Source of the DNA: Octopus sinensis
Lineage: Eukaryota
Direction: 5' to 3'
NCBI RefSeq assembly: GCF_006345805.1
Contig: NC_043003.1
Span: 62,992,001-63,056,000 of the forward strand
Length of the DNA: 64,000 nucleotides
Part shown: positions 1-12,114 of the stretch, one piece after another
How positions within the stretch are numbered: the first letter of the stretch is position 1
Layout: every line of letters begins with the position of its first letter
Position numbers and translations under genes: made by a program
Notes under the pieces: model-generated
The model's input: the letters and a program-made list of their open reading frames with translations, nothing else
The model's database searches: none
What the model was told of the DNA's origin: nothing

Positions 1-404
1 GTAAAATTTTTATGATAGTTGATTTATGGAAAAGATTATGTTAAATTTTTGAAATGCAAATATGTGAATGAAAATTAAGTCTAAACCTCTACATAGGAGC
101 TAGACCTGGTAGAAATAGCAGCCAAATCTCCCTCAAAACATCCTACTGTTTTAATCTGACAATTCTGCCTATTATGTAGTTTTAATGAGAAACTGTAACT
201 AAAGATTAAGATCATTAACCCAACAAAGAGGTGAAAGAAGAGAGACAGCATAGCAAAAGTTTTTGCTGATTGTCATCCTGTACTCCCCTTGTTGCTAGCA
301 AAATGGTATATGCCGACTGTGTGAGCAACTGGTTGTTTTAATGGTGGAACAAATAGGGGAATTCCATTAGAAAAAGTTTTAATTGATTTTCTCGGTAACT
401 ATGG

Positions 405-990
405 GTTGGATGGTTTGACTAAGGACTGGCAAGCCAAGAGGCTGCACCACACTCCAATCTGATCTGGCAAGGTTTCTACCGCTGGATGCCCTTCCTAATG
501 CCAACCACTCCGAGTGTGTAGTGAGTGCTTTTTACATGCTACCTGCATGGGAGCTAGTCAGGTGGCACTGACATCAACCACACTTGAATAGTGTTTTTTA
601 CTTGCCACCAGCACTGGCATCGGCCACACTCAAATGGTGCTTTTTATGTGCCACCAGTATAAGTGCCAGTGAAATGGCACCAGCATCAGTCACAACAACA
701 ATTTCACTTGACTCAACAAGTCTTCTCAAGTACAACATATAGCCTGATGATTGAATGGTACTTTTAAAAAGGGCCGGTTATGCGACACTGGCATTGGCCA
801 TGACTATGATATCACTTGGATTGCCGGGTCTTGTCATGCACGGCATATCTCTAAAGGCCTTGGTCACTTGTCATTACCTCTGTGAGGCCCAATGTTTGAA
901 GGTCGTGCTTCACCACCTCATCCCTAGTCTTCCTGGGTCTATCTCTTCCACAGGTTCCCTCCACTGTTAGGGTGTGACACATCTTCACAC
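405..990 (-). mobile_element. RTE-clade LINE 3' fragment (ORF2 C-terminus plus 3' UTR)
   Basis: ORF 851..1084 contains VEGTCGRDRPRKTRDEVVKHDLQTLGLTEVM, matching the C-terminus of the RTE copy at 18450..18905; UTR block ggatgcccttcctaatgccaaccactcc. Confidence 0.85.
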
Positions 991-1062
991 AGCTGTCCTC
1001 ATATATATCTTTATATATATAAAACTGAGAATGTGTGTCTGCCTGTCTGTCTGTGTGTTTCC

Positions 1063-1350
1063 CTAAAACTTGAGAACTACACAACCAATTTCATTCAAAT
1101 TTTACACATGCCTTACTTAGGGTCCAGGGAGTGTCATCAGCAAAACAAATCTTGAACTTTTTGCCTAGGGTGAGCCCACAGCAATATCATATCTTCTCCA
1201 CTACGATTCTCTAAAACTTGAGAACTACACAACCAATTCCATTCAAATTTTACACATGCCTTACTTAGGGTCCATGTAGTTTCATGGGCAAAAAAATGTT
1301 TAACTTCTTGCCTAGAGCGAGCCCATAGCAATATCATATCTTCTCCATTA
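1063..1350 (+). repeat. Two tandem copies of a 148-bp unit inside the Helitron 5' region
   Basis: ctaaaacttgagaactacacaacc at 1063 and 1211. Confidence 0.9.
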
Positions 1351-1679
1351 TTTCAGTATTGCGTGTTAAAAGTGAAACAAAAACATTTCTCTATTTTATG
1401 TCAGATAATTTCACTTTAACAATAAAAATAATAATAACAATTGAATTATATGTAGTAAGTAATAATTAAAATCAAACTAAAGTATAATATAAGCATAACA
1501 TAACAAAAGTAAAAATAGCAATTGGTATAAAATTGCATCAATGATTTGAACTTGAATAAGTGGTTTTACATGAATGGGAAAAAATCAAAAGTAAAATTAG
1601 CATGCAGAAATGGAATAGTCCAGATGGATAATAAAAAATTAAATTAAAGAAAAGACTATTGTCTATAAAGTATACAATG

Positions 1680-3358
1680 TAGAGAAAAAAGATTTGAACG
1701 AATCGGTCGTGTTTTTTTGCGCTCTGTAAAACTCGGTTAAAAAAGAAAAAAGAACAAAAAGTATTGTTGTTGTAGAAATTTTGAACGTCGTTGATGCGGT
1801 TTCGCGTTACACGGGTTCTACGAGTTACACTTTTTCTGTTCGGGCGGCCGTTTGCGGTCTGTCAGACAGAAGGAAATGGACTTTGATTCCCTATCAGACT
1901 TGTCTACGTCTGAGGAGGAACTGGAACAGGCAGTGAGAATGATGGATCGAAAGCTAGGTTATACCTATGCCGGTGTAACCAAGAAGGCGGAAGAGAAAGG
2001 GGTGGACTTGGCCAAGCTGCCAAGTTACCAGAAATATATGAAAAAGGATAGCGGTGAGGTCGAACTAGCACCGACACCCAAGAGAAAAGAATAGTATGAT
2101 AAAAGGACCATTATATACAGGGTGTTCGCAAACGAAAGGAAGAAGATAGAAGTTGTAAACATGGAGTGGATAGAGGAGGCGCTGAGAAGAACGGAGGAGG
2201 AAATTAATTTTCTGACTCGAGGATCAAAGTATGGTACTGTAGTGGTACAGTTTAAAAGTAAGAATGCAGCAAGGAAGATGGCAGCGAAGGCGGTGAAATC
2301 CGAGAAGGTAACTCTTTTGCCTACATATCTAAATAGAAGGATTACACGAGTAAGGGTGGAGGGAGTGCCACCAAACGTTGAGGCAGAGTGGATTGTGGCG
2401 GCTGTGATCAGCAGCCACGAGGAGGAAGTGGATATTCTCCATGCCTCGGTTAAGACCGAGGGCTGGAGAGGCGTGACAGTGGAGCTGAACGTGCAGGCAG
2501 AGAACGAGGTACTGGTGGACCTGGCGGAAAGCATCAGATTGGGAGACGTGATCATGAGAGTGTGGGTGGAGGGCAGAGCTCCACGTTGTTACAAGTGTGG
2601 CCTGAGGGGTCACATAAGAGCCTTCTGCCCTCCCCCAGTGAAAGAAATGGATTCCGAACCACAGAGAGAAGCAGAAACCAGAGGAGAAGGAGACAGTAGA
2701 AGAAGAGAATTCACAGAAATGGAAGGAAGCTGGGAATAAGAGGAAGAGAAGAATACGAGGAAAAGAAAATAACATAGAACACCAATCCACCCCAACACCA
2801 CCCACACCCTCTGAGACCCACCCTATCCCTGCAGACAGTGAACCCACCCGCTCCCCTCCAACAAGAAAACAAAAGAAAAAAAATAATACAGACAGACAAG
2901 AGTTTGAAATCGAACCCAGGCCGAACATTTATATTATGACTGAACAGAAAGAAGTGAAAAGGGTAATGGAGGAGTATAAATGGTATGAAATAGGTGAGAC
3001 CAGATATGCAGTCCTGGAAAAGAAGAATATAGATGAGTTTGTGTTGAGGTGTGAAAGGGAGAATTGGGAGGTGAAAGATACAAGAATGAGCGATGAATTC
3101 GTGGAAAATATGGAGGAGTATTTCGGAGTAAGAATGGATATGGATGGTCTTCGTATTGGGAATGAACATTCAGGTGACAGTGAAAACAAAAGGACAGGTA
3201 AGTGATGCTGGCGGAGGGGGCCATTAGCATCGCTTTCATACTATCATTTTTCATTTTAATATTCAATTGCTCATAAATTTAATCATATTGTTCTATGTCC
3301 CCCATGTTTTGTTATGTCCGCCATTCTTCGTAGCCCCTGGTGGGTAATAAAGAAATAA
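1680..3358 (+). mobile_element. ORF1-only non-LTR retroelement (HAL1-like); 5' boundary approximate
   Basis: CpG-rich leader, gag-like ORF, 150-bp 3' UTR ending tagcccctggtgggtaataaagaaataa; no endonuclease/RT sequence follows. Confidence 0.6.
1876..3205 (+). pseudogene. Gag-like ORF1 with one CCHC zinc knuckle; about 443 codons, one nonsense codon and one frameshift
   Basis: ATG 1876; in-frame TAG 2092-2094 joins ORFs 1852..2094 and 2122..2739; CYKCGLRGHIRAFC (C-X2-C-X4-H-X4-C); a second frame is open from 2642 to 3205 (KWKEAGNKRKRR, Pro-rich linker). Confidence 0.8.
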
Positions 3359-4339
3359 CATGGAAGAAAGCACCTTCGAAAAGAGTCTTGGTGCGACTAT
3401 GAAAGGTATCTAATCAGAGGCGGTAAATTCGCCACAATAGAAGCAAGGTTCGAGTCAACAAAGCGTCCAAGGGAGTACTCAACTCGAACTTGCAAAGTGG
3501 AAATATTTTATTTTTACCTTTATATCTGGGACGTAGGACGTGCCGGAAAAAAATTTAAAATCCCCGCCCCCACCCAAGTAGAGGCAGGCTGGATTGTAGC
3601 CACACTTCTATACAAGAGGGAGGACAAGATACAATTGAGAGAAATAACAATTCCAGTCTGTTATATATTTTGAGTATTGTTATCACTAGCGATATCAAGA
3701 TATAACTTTGTATTTTGTATTTTATGTGTAGATGTATATATATAGATGTACATGTAATATGTACACATATATATATACACATATATACATGCACTAGCAA
3801 TATGACCCGGCAACGACGGGTCTTTAATGCTAGTATATATATATATATATGCACACCATATATACATACACACACACACACACAATAGCCTTCTTTATAG
3901 CTCATATTTATACATATACATATATATATATTATATATATATGGGGGTTGTTTGTATGTACCCTTGTCCTGTGGTTCAGACATTTTGTAATGATTGTTAA
4001 TGAGCATCACTGTCATACAAGTGAGGTTGTTTCATGTCCTGTCTTCTGTGAAAAGCATGTCTAGATATGGAGATATAATACTTTGCTTGGAAGCATCTGA
4101 CCCATGCAAGATGATGAAGATGATGATGATGATGAATTAATACTTTCTTAGAAGCTATCAAGTGCAGATGCAAAGTAAGATGAAGCAGAAACTACAGTCT
4201 GGTATTTTTGATCAAAACATCAGGCTATGAAACAGTGAAGGTCAGGACTTTTTCTTAAAAATCTCTTTATGCTCTACACAATTGCTAAATAAATCTCTTG
4301 TATAGTAACACATGATGCATATTTTATAGTATATGTGTG

Positions 4340-4630
4340 AAGGCACATGGCTTAGTAGTTAGGCATGTTGCATTCACAACTGTGAAAGTGTGGGTTCAGT
4401 TCCCAGACCAGCTGCATGTTGTGCTTTTGAGCAGAACACTTCATTTCATGTTGCTCCTCTCAGCTGTCAAAAGGCTAACTCTGACTCTGTGACGGACTTG
4501 TCTTTGAATCAGGTGGTACATTGGCTTGATCACCTTACCAATGAAGTGGCATTCTTCAAAAGCTAAAACAATGCAAAGCGCATTGTGACCAGCGATGTAT
4601 AACAACATCCAACAGTCTCTGGTTGGTTAC
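4340..4630 (+). mobile_element. tRNA-derived SINE (family C)
   Basis: A-box-like tggcttagtagttagg, B-box-like ggttcagttccc, ttgagcagaacactt block, tail gctaaaacaatgcaaagcgcattgtgaccagc shared with 29178..29482. Confidence 0.7.
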
Positions 4631-5721
4631 AAGATATTGTATATAATAATGCATGAAGTACAGAGTGTCTATAAATTACCTTTACAAATTCAAAAGATGA
4701 GAAAAGAATGCAAAATAAAGATAACTCAATAGAGTTTATTAGGAAAGAAATATGGTTTTATTAAAAGCATCAGAACAGTTCCATGTGGGCATCATTAGTT
4801 GCATGCAACACATGGAAGATAATACAATGTAATAAATGGTGGAAGTTTTAAAGATAATTTACGAACACATTGTATATAGTAACATATGAAGTTTTGTCTT
4901 TTGGGATGGGGAAGAGTAAACATCATAACCCATTTGCAGTGAATCCCATCATGAAGATTCCATTATACTTTTCATAGTGGAAATATATTGAAACTGAGCT
5001 AATGAAAGAAAAGTCTTGAATGGCTTTTCATTCACTGCAGAACCTTGATAAACTGAGATTAAGCAGTTTATTTTACTCACAGGGGAAGGAATTTAAATCA
5101 ACACTGCAAATGAAGAAAGCAGGGTGTTTCTCAATGATATACATATTTCTTTCTTTCTATCTATCTGTATGCCTGCCTATTTACCTATCTATCTATCCAC
5201 CCATCCATCCATCCGTCCGTTAGTCTGTCTGTCTATCTATCTATCTATCTATCTACACTGGTACATTCCACGAGTATTCCTTTTTATTATGAGTCGCTAT
5301 GGCTTCTTTTCCATATTGTGGGTTCTTATGCGTTCCTTCCAAAGTGGGAGATAGTAATCCAGCTATACTTTGATGATCAATGTTACTATCAACACGGAGC
5401 TTTCTACTGTCATATCCATGCATAGTCTTCTGCTCATTACAGGCTTATCCTTTCATCTGATGATACGTTGCAGTAGAGTCATGTGAGTTCTTTGGGGTTG
5501 TCTTCTAGGTTATCAGACAAAGAGTGTTGCTCAAGGAGCTGCCTTCTAAGTCTTATGATATTATCAGCCTTGCATGCGTATGTATATATGTATGTATGAA
5601 AGCAATGTTCATTTTTAGCAGTTGACCTGAAAGGAGATAAAGCTATAAATGATAGCAATTCACATTTTGAAAACGAATCATTTCTAATTCCCTAAGTTTC
5701 TAAATTCTTATCATGTAAACA

Positions 5722-5752
<31 letters not shown>

Positions 5753-5907
5753 TGTATGTATGTATGTATGTATGTATGTATCTACATAATCTATATATCT
5801 ATATCTAAATATATATATATATATCTCATCATCATCATTATGTATATATAAATATATATTACTCAAAGTGTACAGTGTTATATATCTATACCCGTTATAA
5901 TAATAAT

Positions 5908-5942
<35 letters not shown>

Positions 5943-5944
5943 CT

Positions 5945-7344
5945 TATCAAAAGTATCAGAGAAAAGATATGGTGAAGTCCTCATAGTTCCATCAGTAGAC
6001 TGGCTGCACAGTAAAAATAAGCTGAACATTGATGTATCAAGTACTGATTGATCTCAGGATCCACCCCTACAAGTTGATCCACCATCATCAGTTCACACAA
6101 GTTTATAAGGCCATGGTACTGAAGAGAAGTTGTCTTATTCTGCGTCAGATTGTTGAAGGCACATTGCCCAACTTGGTGGTCACTGATGAAAAGAACTTTG
6201 ACATCGAAAAGACAGTAAACTGATTTCGAAAAGACAGTAAACTACCGTCAACGGTAGATTCATAAATTGACAACAAAATCCACAGTCAGTTATGGTTTGG
6301 ATGGCTGTGACAACCACTGGAAGGTCTCTCCTTATTTTTGTGCCCATAGGTGTTAAAATTAACACCCATTGACATTCTAGAAGCTGAACTGCTTCCATGG
6401 GTGAATGAGCACTTTCAAGGCACCTCTTGGAGCCTCCAGCAGGACTTGGCACCATGTTATAGTTTCAAACAGACACAACATTGATTCAGAAAAAAATTTG
6501 TGAAGCATTCCATATTTTGTTTTATTTCCCTGGGCATGGATACATTGAAACTCTGACGTCTGGCAGCTGACTTGGCAGACACCCATAAAATTATTAACCA
6601 TCTTACAAACAATAACTCTGAGCACCTTTTCAAACTCCACCTGTCTAACACCCGTGGACATGTTTACAAAGTCAGAAAACAGCACAGCTCCCATGACTTT
6701 CGTAAACATTTTTTTACGCTAAGAGTTGTTGAAGTATGGAACAAACTGCCAGCATCAGTTGTTAGTTGTTGGAGCACTGCATCCTTCAAAACTTCCATGC
6801 TTCCTGAGATTCGCCAACACTACACCTGATTTTCTCCCTTCCATACACATGCAAGCATGTATCTGACTCATACACTGTTCACTTTCCAGACATTTGTACA
6901 TTACAGCTTATGCTTTATATGCACTTTTGACAAGTTGTGGTGCACCTGAGCATTGTATACAATAATTTCATTATTATTCCCTCATTCATAGGCAAGGATG
7001 TATGGCCTCCAAGAAGCCCCAATCTCAACTCATTGGATTTTTCTGTTTGGTGCATTTTAGAGACAAGAGTCTCGAGCACTCCTCATGCTTTGCTCGACAC
7101 TCTGAATGCAAAACTGTGCTAAGACTGGACTTCAATCCTGCAAAAACAGTTGCATGTTGCATGTGAAGCAGTCACACTTCAGGCTGTGATTTGAAACAGA
7201 GATGGTCATATCGAATAAATGTAGTAGTGTCATAATAGTGTTTCCTTTTATCATTGCATTGCAATGCTCAGACTTGAAATATAACAATATTTTGCTTTGG
7301 CAAAATTGAAAAAAAGTTGGTTGCTTTAATTTTAGAACACCATG
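5945..7344 (+). mobile_element. Decayed Tc1/mariner (DD37D/maT-like) transposon, 3' part with right TIR
   Basis: LVVTDEKNFDIEKTVN and DVWPPRSPNLNSLDFSVW motifs; 7321-7344 is the reverse complement of the TIR at 53594. Confidence 0.75.
6513..6978 (+). mobile_element. CR1-type LINE 3' fragment inserted in the Tc1/mariner remnant
   Basis: NTRGHVYKVRKQ...FFTLRVVEVWNKLP C-terminal motif; (ATT)n tail; transposase sequence resumes after it. Confidence 0.8.
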
Positions 7345-7992
7345 CATGTATGTATGTATACTAAAAATTATTTTATTTGCTAAAGAAATCTGAAACCTAG
7401 GTATAACTGTAAAAAGGTAAGTTTTTATTTTTCATTCCCTTTGAAAATCGCTCTTAAACATGGTTTTGGTCATTTTGACTGTTTTTTCTAGCGTGTGAAA
7501 ATTACCTGTTAAAGGTAGTTTCCTCTTGTGTTTAAATGTACATTATTTATATATATATAGTATTTAATCATATCAAAGGGAAATGGAATTTAATTAAAAT
7601 TAAAACATTCAATCAAAATTTACATTTCCAGTGGTCTAACGTGCAAAAAAATTAGTCAAGAAAACTATATATTAGTCATATGATATAGTGTATATTTAAA
7701 CACATAAGGAATCCACTTATAGGGAATTCAGCACGCTAGAAAGAACAGCTAGGTTCTGTAAACCACAAAAATAACAGATAAAATTCAACAGGAATAAATT
7801 TGGAAATGAAAAACATTATATATATATGTATGTATGTATATATATGACTATATATATATTTATATATATATATATATCACTTTGATCACTTTGACCGACC
7901 AGTCCGTCAGGCGTCCATTTGACACCGCTGGTCACAGCACGCTGTGATATATATATATATGTATGTATATAACTATATATATATATATATAT

Positions 7993-8028
<36 letters not shown>

Positions 8029-9466
8029 CACACACACCCCTATCTATTTATCTGAGGGTGTGTATGTGTATGTGTGTGCATGCCATAGTGCCACAGGTGT
8101 GTGTGTGTGTGTTAACACGGCTGTTTCATTGTCTCATTTTATGTTTGCATGGTTTGCAAAGCCATGCATGTTTATGCCTTGTTGCTTAGTGATTTGATGA
8201 ATAACAACCACTAAAATAAGTATCAAATATACACACACACACATATATATATAAACATATATACATACAAATCTATCTATCTATATAGATAGATAGATAG
8301 ATACATACATACATACATACATACATAACTAATACTAAAGCCCCTTTACAGTTGATGCCCAGCATGGCTGCAGCCAAATGAATGAAAAGTGTCAAAGAAC
8401 TTATATAATGCCTATTGTTAATAAATCTTGATATTTCAAAATTCTCTACTCTTCTTGGAAGAAGATGACAAAATTGAACACTTAGCTGATATCCAAGGAT
8501 TCCTTAGATTTGAACAACATTATTATATGCAATAATATCTGACAATCACTGCTATATTTTCATTGATGCTTTTAAAGTTGCCAATAACATTTTTTTTCAG
8601 CGTATTGATAATTCAGATGTTGTAGGGTTAATAGTTTATCAAGGATAATTTTATAGTGCTGTGAGCTCTTTAACAGGTATTCACCCTTTATCGCTGACAT
8701 GGCTAAGTGCATCATTCCTGCAGCCTTCATATAATGATATGCCAGTGAGATAATAATAACTTCCATATGGCATTTAATCCTGAAATTCTACCAAAGATGG
8801 TTTAATCATTTCGTAATTATATTTTCCATGAAAGACACTGGCTATGTGCTTTTATTAATTTTGAAAATAATAAAGAATTTGCATTTAATAAAATAACTTT
8901 TATATTTATTGCTATATTAAGCTGGTGTTTGGGGATAAGAATTAACAAAAAGTTGTTGCATAAAATTATGAAGTAAGATTTTAATTTAAATATAAGCATC
9001 TAAAACCAAGCACTGTTTTATTCTTTTACCTTTTTCAGTCATCAAACTGCTGTGGCACCGCCTAGAAGAATTTTAGCCAAATGAATCAACACCAGTACTG
9101 GCTTTTTTAAATGCCTGTAACTTATTCTAATTGTCCTTTTGCTGAACTGTTGTGTTATGGGGATTTAAACACACCAACACCAGTTGTCAAGCAGTGGTGG
9201 GGGACAAACACACACACACACACACACAGAGATTGTTTATAAATTATCTTTACAATTCCAATACAATAAATTGTGAAAGTTGTAAAGGTAATTGATGGAC
9301 ACTATATATTATTTTATCTCCTTGTTTCTTTCTGTGTTCCTTTCCGTGGAGGAGCATAGGCTTGAAATGTTAAAAACTTTTACACTTCCCCAGCATTATA
9401 CTAATACATCTGTTTATTGTCTACACCACCTGTCTTCGTCTTTTGTTTTTTTGTGAATTCTCCTCC

Positions 9467-9494
<28 letters not shown>

Positions 9495-9498
<4 letters not shown>

Positions 9499-9678
9499 TT
9501 ATTTAAAGCAGCAGAAAATTCAACAAAACCTGTTACTCTGGTCCGATGAACGGCAACGTGAAACTCAGAGTAACAGGTTTTGTTGAATTTTCTGCTGCTT
9601 TAAGTAAAGCATATTACTCTACCACTGGTATTTGAGTACTCTTTTTTCCACCTTGTTTCACATTTATGTGTTTACTCC

Positions 9679-9680
<2 letters not shown>
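9495..9680 (+). mobile_element. Short fold-back element with hammerhead-like core (family H1; Penelope-like-associated by inference)
   Basis: 46-bp inverted arms 9495-9540/9566-9611 (2 mismatches) inside (TA)n; second copy at 15649..15851. Confidence 0.7.
9541..9576 (+). ncRNA. Minimal type-I hammerhead-like motif, U4C core variant
   Basis: gt-CCGATGA-acg(gcaa)cgt-GAAA-ctc(a)gag-T-A-acag; GUA triplet; 5' strand of stem I cut to 2 nt by the junction. Confidence 0.6.
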
Positions 9681-9742
<62 letters not shown>

Positions 9743-9777
9743 TTTATTTTACTTTATCTCAACAGAAAGCAATACAG

Positions 9778-10990
9778 TTAATCAAAGTATGCACCTAAAT
9801 TATCAACACAATTTTGCCATTTTATCAGTAGCTTATTTATGCTGGCAGCGAAGAATACTGGAGAGCAAGAGGTGATGAAATCACAAGAAGTTGTTTTTGC
9901 ATCTTCTTCAGATTTGAAATTTTTTCCTTGCAAAAGGTTGTCTAACGCCTGGAAAATGTGATGGTCAGTTGGTGCACGGTCTAGTGAATATGGTAGATGA
10001 CAGATTTGTAGCTGGGCAGTTGAACTATTTCACCCCGGCATAACAACACACTGGTACTGTGTTCCTCTGCCTTTTAAAAGCTAGTGGTGGAGGAATACAC
10101 ATGACGTCTTCTGCTAAGCTGAAGTGCGTAAAAACTTAAAAAGCTTTCAGTAGCTGCCTAGAAGGTGGAAGTTTAACACGTGATCATCAGCTGTTCAGTG
10201 ACTTCGGTCACACGGAATAACACACTGATAGGTTTCTTATACACTCACTTTGAAACAAAATATTGCATTTTTACTTTCACACAACACATGGATTTTTACT
10301 GCTTATTAGTGAGCTAACTCTTTTCTCTGCCAGCATCACTCCAGCAGATCACATCCTTATACACAAATTAAAATCATAATTACTTTTGTTTATTTGTTGC
10401 GTCATGTTATCCTCCCTTTAAATAAATCTGTGTTCTGTTAAACCCCAGCCCCGGAAATGCCTTTTGATAATTTTGTTTTCTCACACTGAACAACCTCTCT
10501 TATTAAATTGGTGACCTGACTGCTGACCACTCATTCAACTCCACTTCCAAGTTTAGTTCCTGTAACTTGAGTAGCATTCTTTGTGCAACATGTAGTCAAA
10601 CATTGTCTTGCAAGAGAATTGACCAGTCTCAGTTGTTTAATTGCAAGTTCACTCATCATTTCATCCAGCTGATTGATGTATACATCCAGCTGTAATTGAC
10701 TTACCAGTTCTCATGAAGCTGTAGTGGATGACATCAGTGCTGGACCACTAAACAGACACCGTTAGCTTGTTTTGGTGAATATTCTGTTTCGGATTGTCTT
10801 TTGGAACTTGTCTCTATCCAACCACCATGCAGAATGCTTGCTATTGTTGAAAAAAATCCATTTTTCATCACATGTAGCAATATGAATAATTTTGAAAAAT
10901 AACTTTCATTATTCCTCATCAAAACAGACTTCACTTAGAGTAACCACCTGGTCTTGCCATTTTCACAGACCAAGAATCAACTTGTCATCT
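9778..10990 (-). mobile_element. Decayed mariner (DD34D) transposase split by a ~540-bp insertion
   Basis: IATCDEKWIFF, ILLQDNV*LHV...LQELNLE, then ICHLPYSLDRAPTDHHIFQALDNLL...KWQNCVDNLGAYFD*. Confidence 0.8.
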
Positions 10991-12114
10991 TCTATTGAAA
11001 GAACTGATCAACTATATAGATATAAACACATTTTTTCTTCTTTCTTTCTTCCTCCCTTTCTTTCCTTCTATTTTCCATTGACATCAAGAAAAAAAACCAT
11101 TTTTTCCCTTTGAAATCATTTTTCTTTCAGACCCCTGGTGAGCTGCCTGAACCAAAGTAAGAATCTGTTCCAGCCACCTGCTTAAAAATATTCTTTTTCT
11201 TTATAGCCTGTTCAAAACACTTCCTTTCAGGCACACACATACACACACACACTCTCTTTCTCTCACTTTTTCCCTCCACTATCTCTCCCTTCCTCTCCCT
11301 CTTTTCCTACCTTTTACACTCCACATAACTCTTCTTTTTCCCCTCTCTCTCCACCCCAATCCATTTACTAATACTATAAAAAGAGACAAATCCCTTCACA
11401 AAATTTAAATCTGGAGAATCTATTAGAGTAGATGAAAATATGATTTGTAAAAACATGACATGTTAATAAATATTTGTATATGTACAACCAACCAGATCTC
11501 TGAATACCTTATTTTTTCTAATATATAATATCTATACATCACCTCCAAACCTTACACTAACGTGCTTTGCTTTCCTTTTCTTTCTCCACGAAATTTAATC
11601 CTTTAATTCTTTAAACCCCTCCGGTATAAAAGTTAATTTCGTTCGTTTCTCTATGCTACCCTAAAACATTGCCATTTCCGCCATTCGTTCGTTTCTTTAA
11701 GGTACCTTCAATCCTTTAATTCGATCTTCGCCATTCGCGGTGCGCCCGCCCTTTCCCACCCCCACCACCAATACCGGTGAACACTGTTCACACCATCTAC
11801 ACCGGATATGCCCCCCCCACCACCATTTCGTGTGTCTCTCCCTCCTACCCCTCCTCCTCACATGCTTTCACTGTGTATTACCCCTTCCCCCCACCAAGAC
11901 AAGCAGCTAGCGCCGCAGCTCATCAACCGCCCCACTTATCTTACGTTTCCTCCTGTTTTGAATCTGTCACTGCCTCAACCGGCTATCTCCTTCCAGTCCC
12001 CTCCCCCACTCGTGATGTCCTACGTTTTATTTCCTACGAACCTGCACCAACCCTACCTGTCATCGTTCCTCCTTACACCAACCCTCCCCACTGGTGCTTC
12101 CCTATATTACCTGC

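Larger units (their letters stand above)
1008..3833 (+). mobile_element. Non-autonomous Helitron-type element (5' and 3' termini; interior may be composite)
   Basis: A|TC start (TCTTTATATATATAAAA at 1008); 3' hairpin gacccg-gcaacga-cgggtc (3804-3822), then CTAG|T at 3830-3834. Same terminal style as 45183..45579. That both ends belong to one insertion is inferred. Confidence 0.55.

Noticed and set aside
5270-5560. R4/Dong fragment on the minus strand (KTMHG-like motif)
   Set aside because: Only one weak motif; too decayed to call
8430-8880. Protein-like stretches (LEEDDKIEHLADIQGFLRF; FIADMAKCIIPAAF)
   Set aside because: Short, interrupted by stops, no recognisable family or consistent splice pattern
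9344-9372. Additional hammerhead motif (ccgtgga-g-gagc-atag-gctt-gaaa-tg-tt)
   Set aside because: Core too decayed to support from this copy alone
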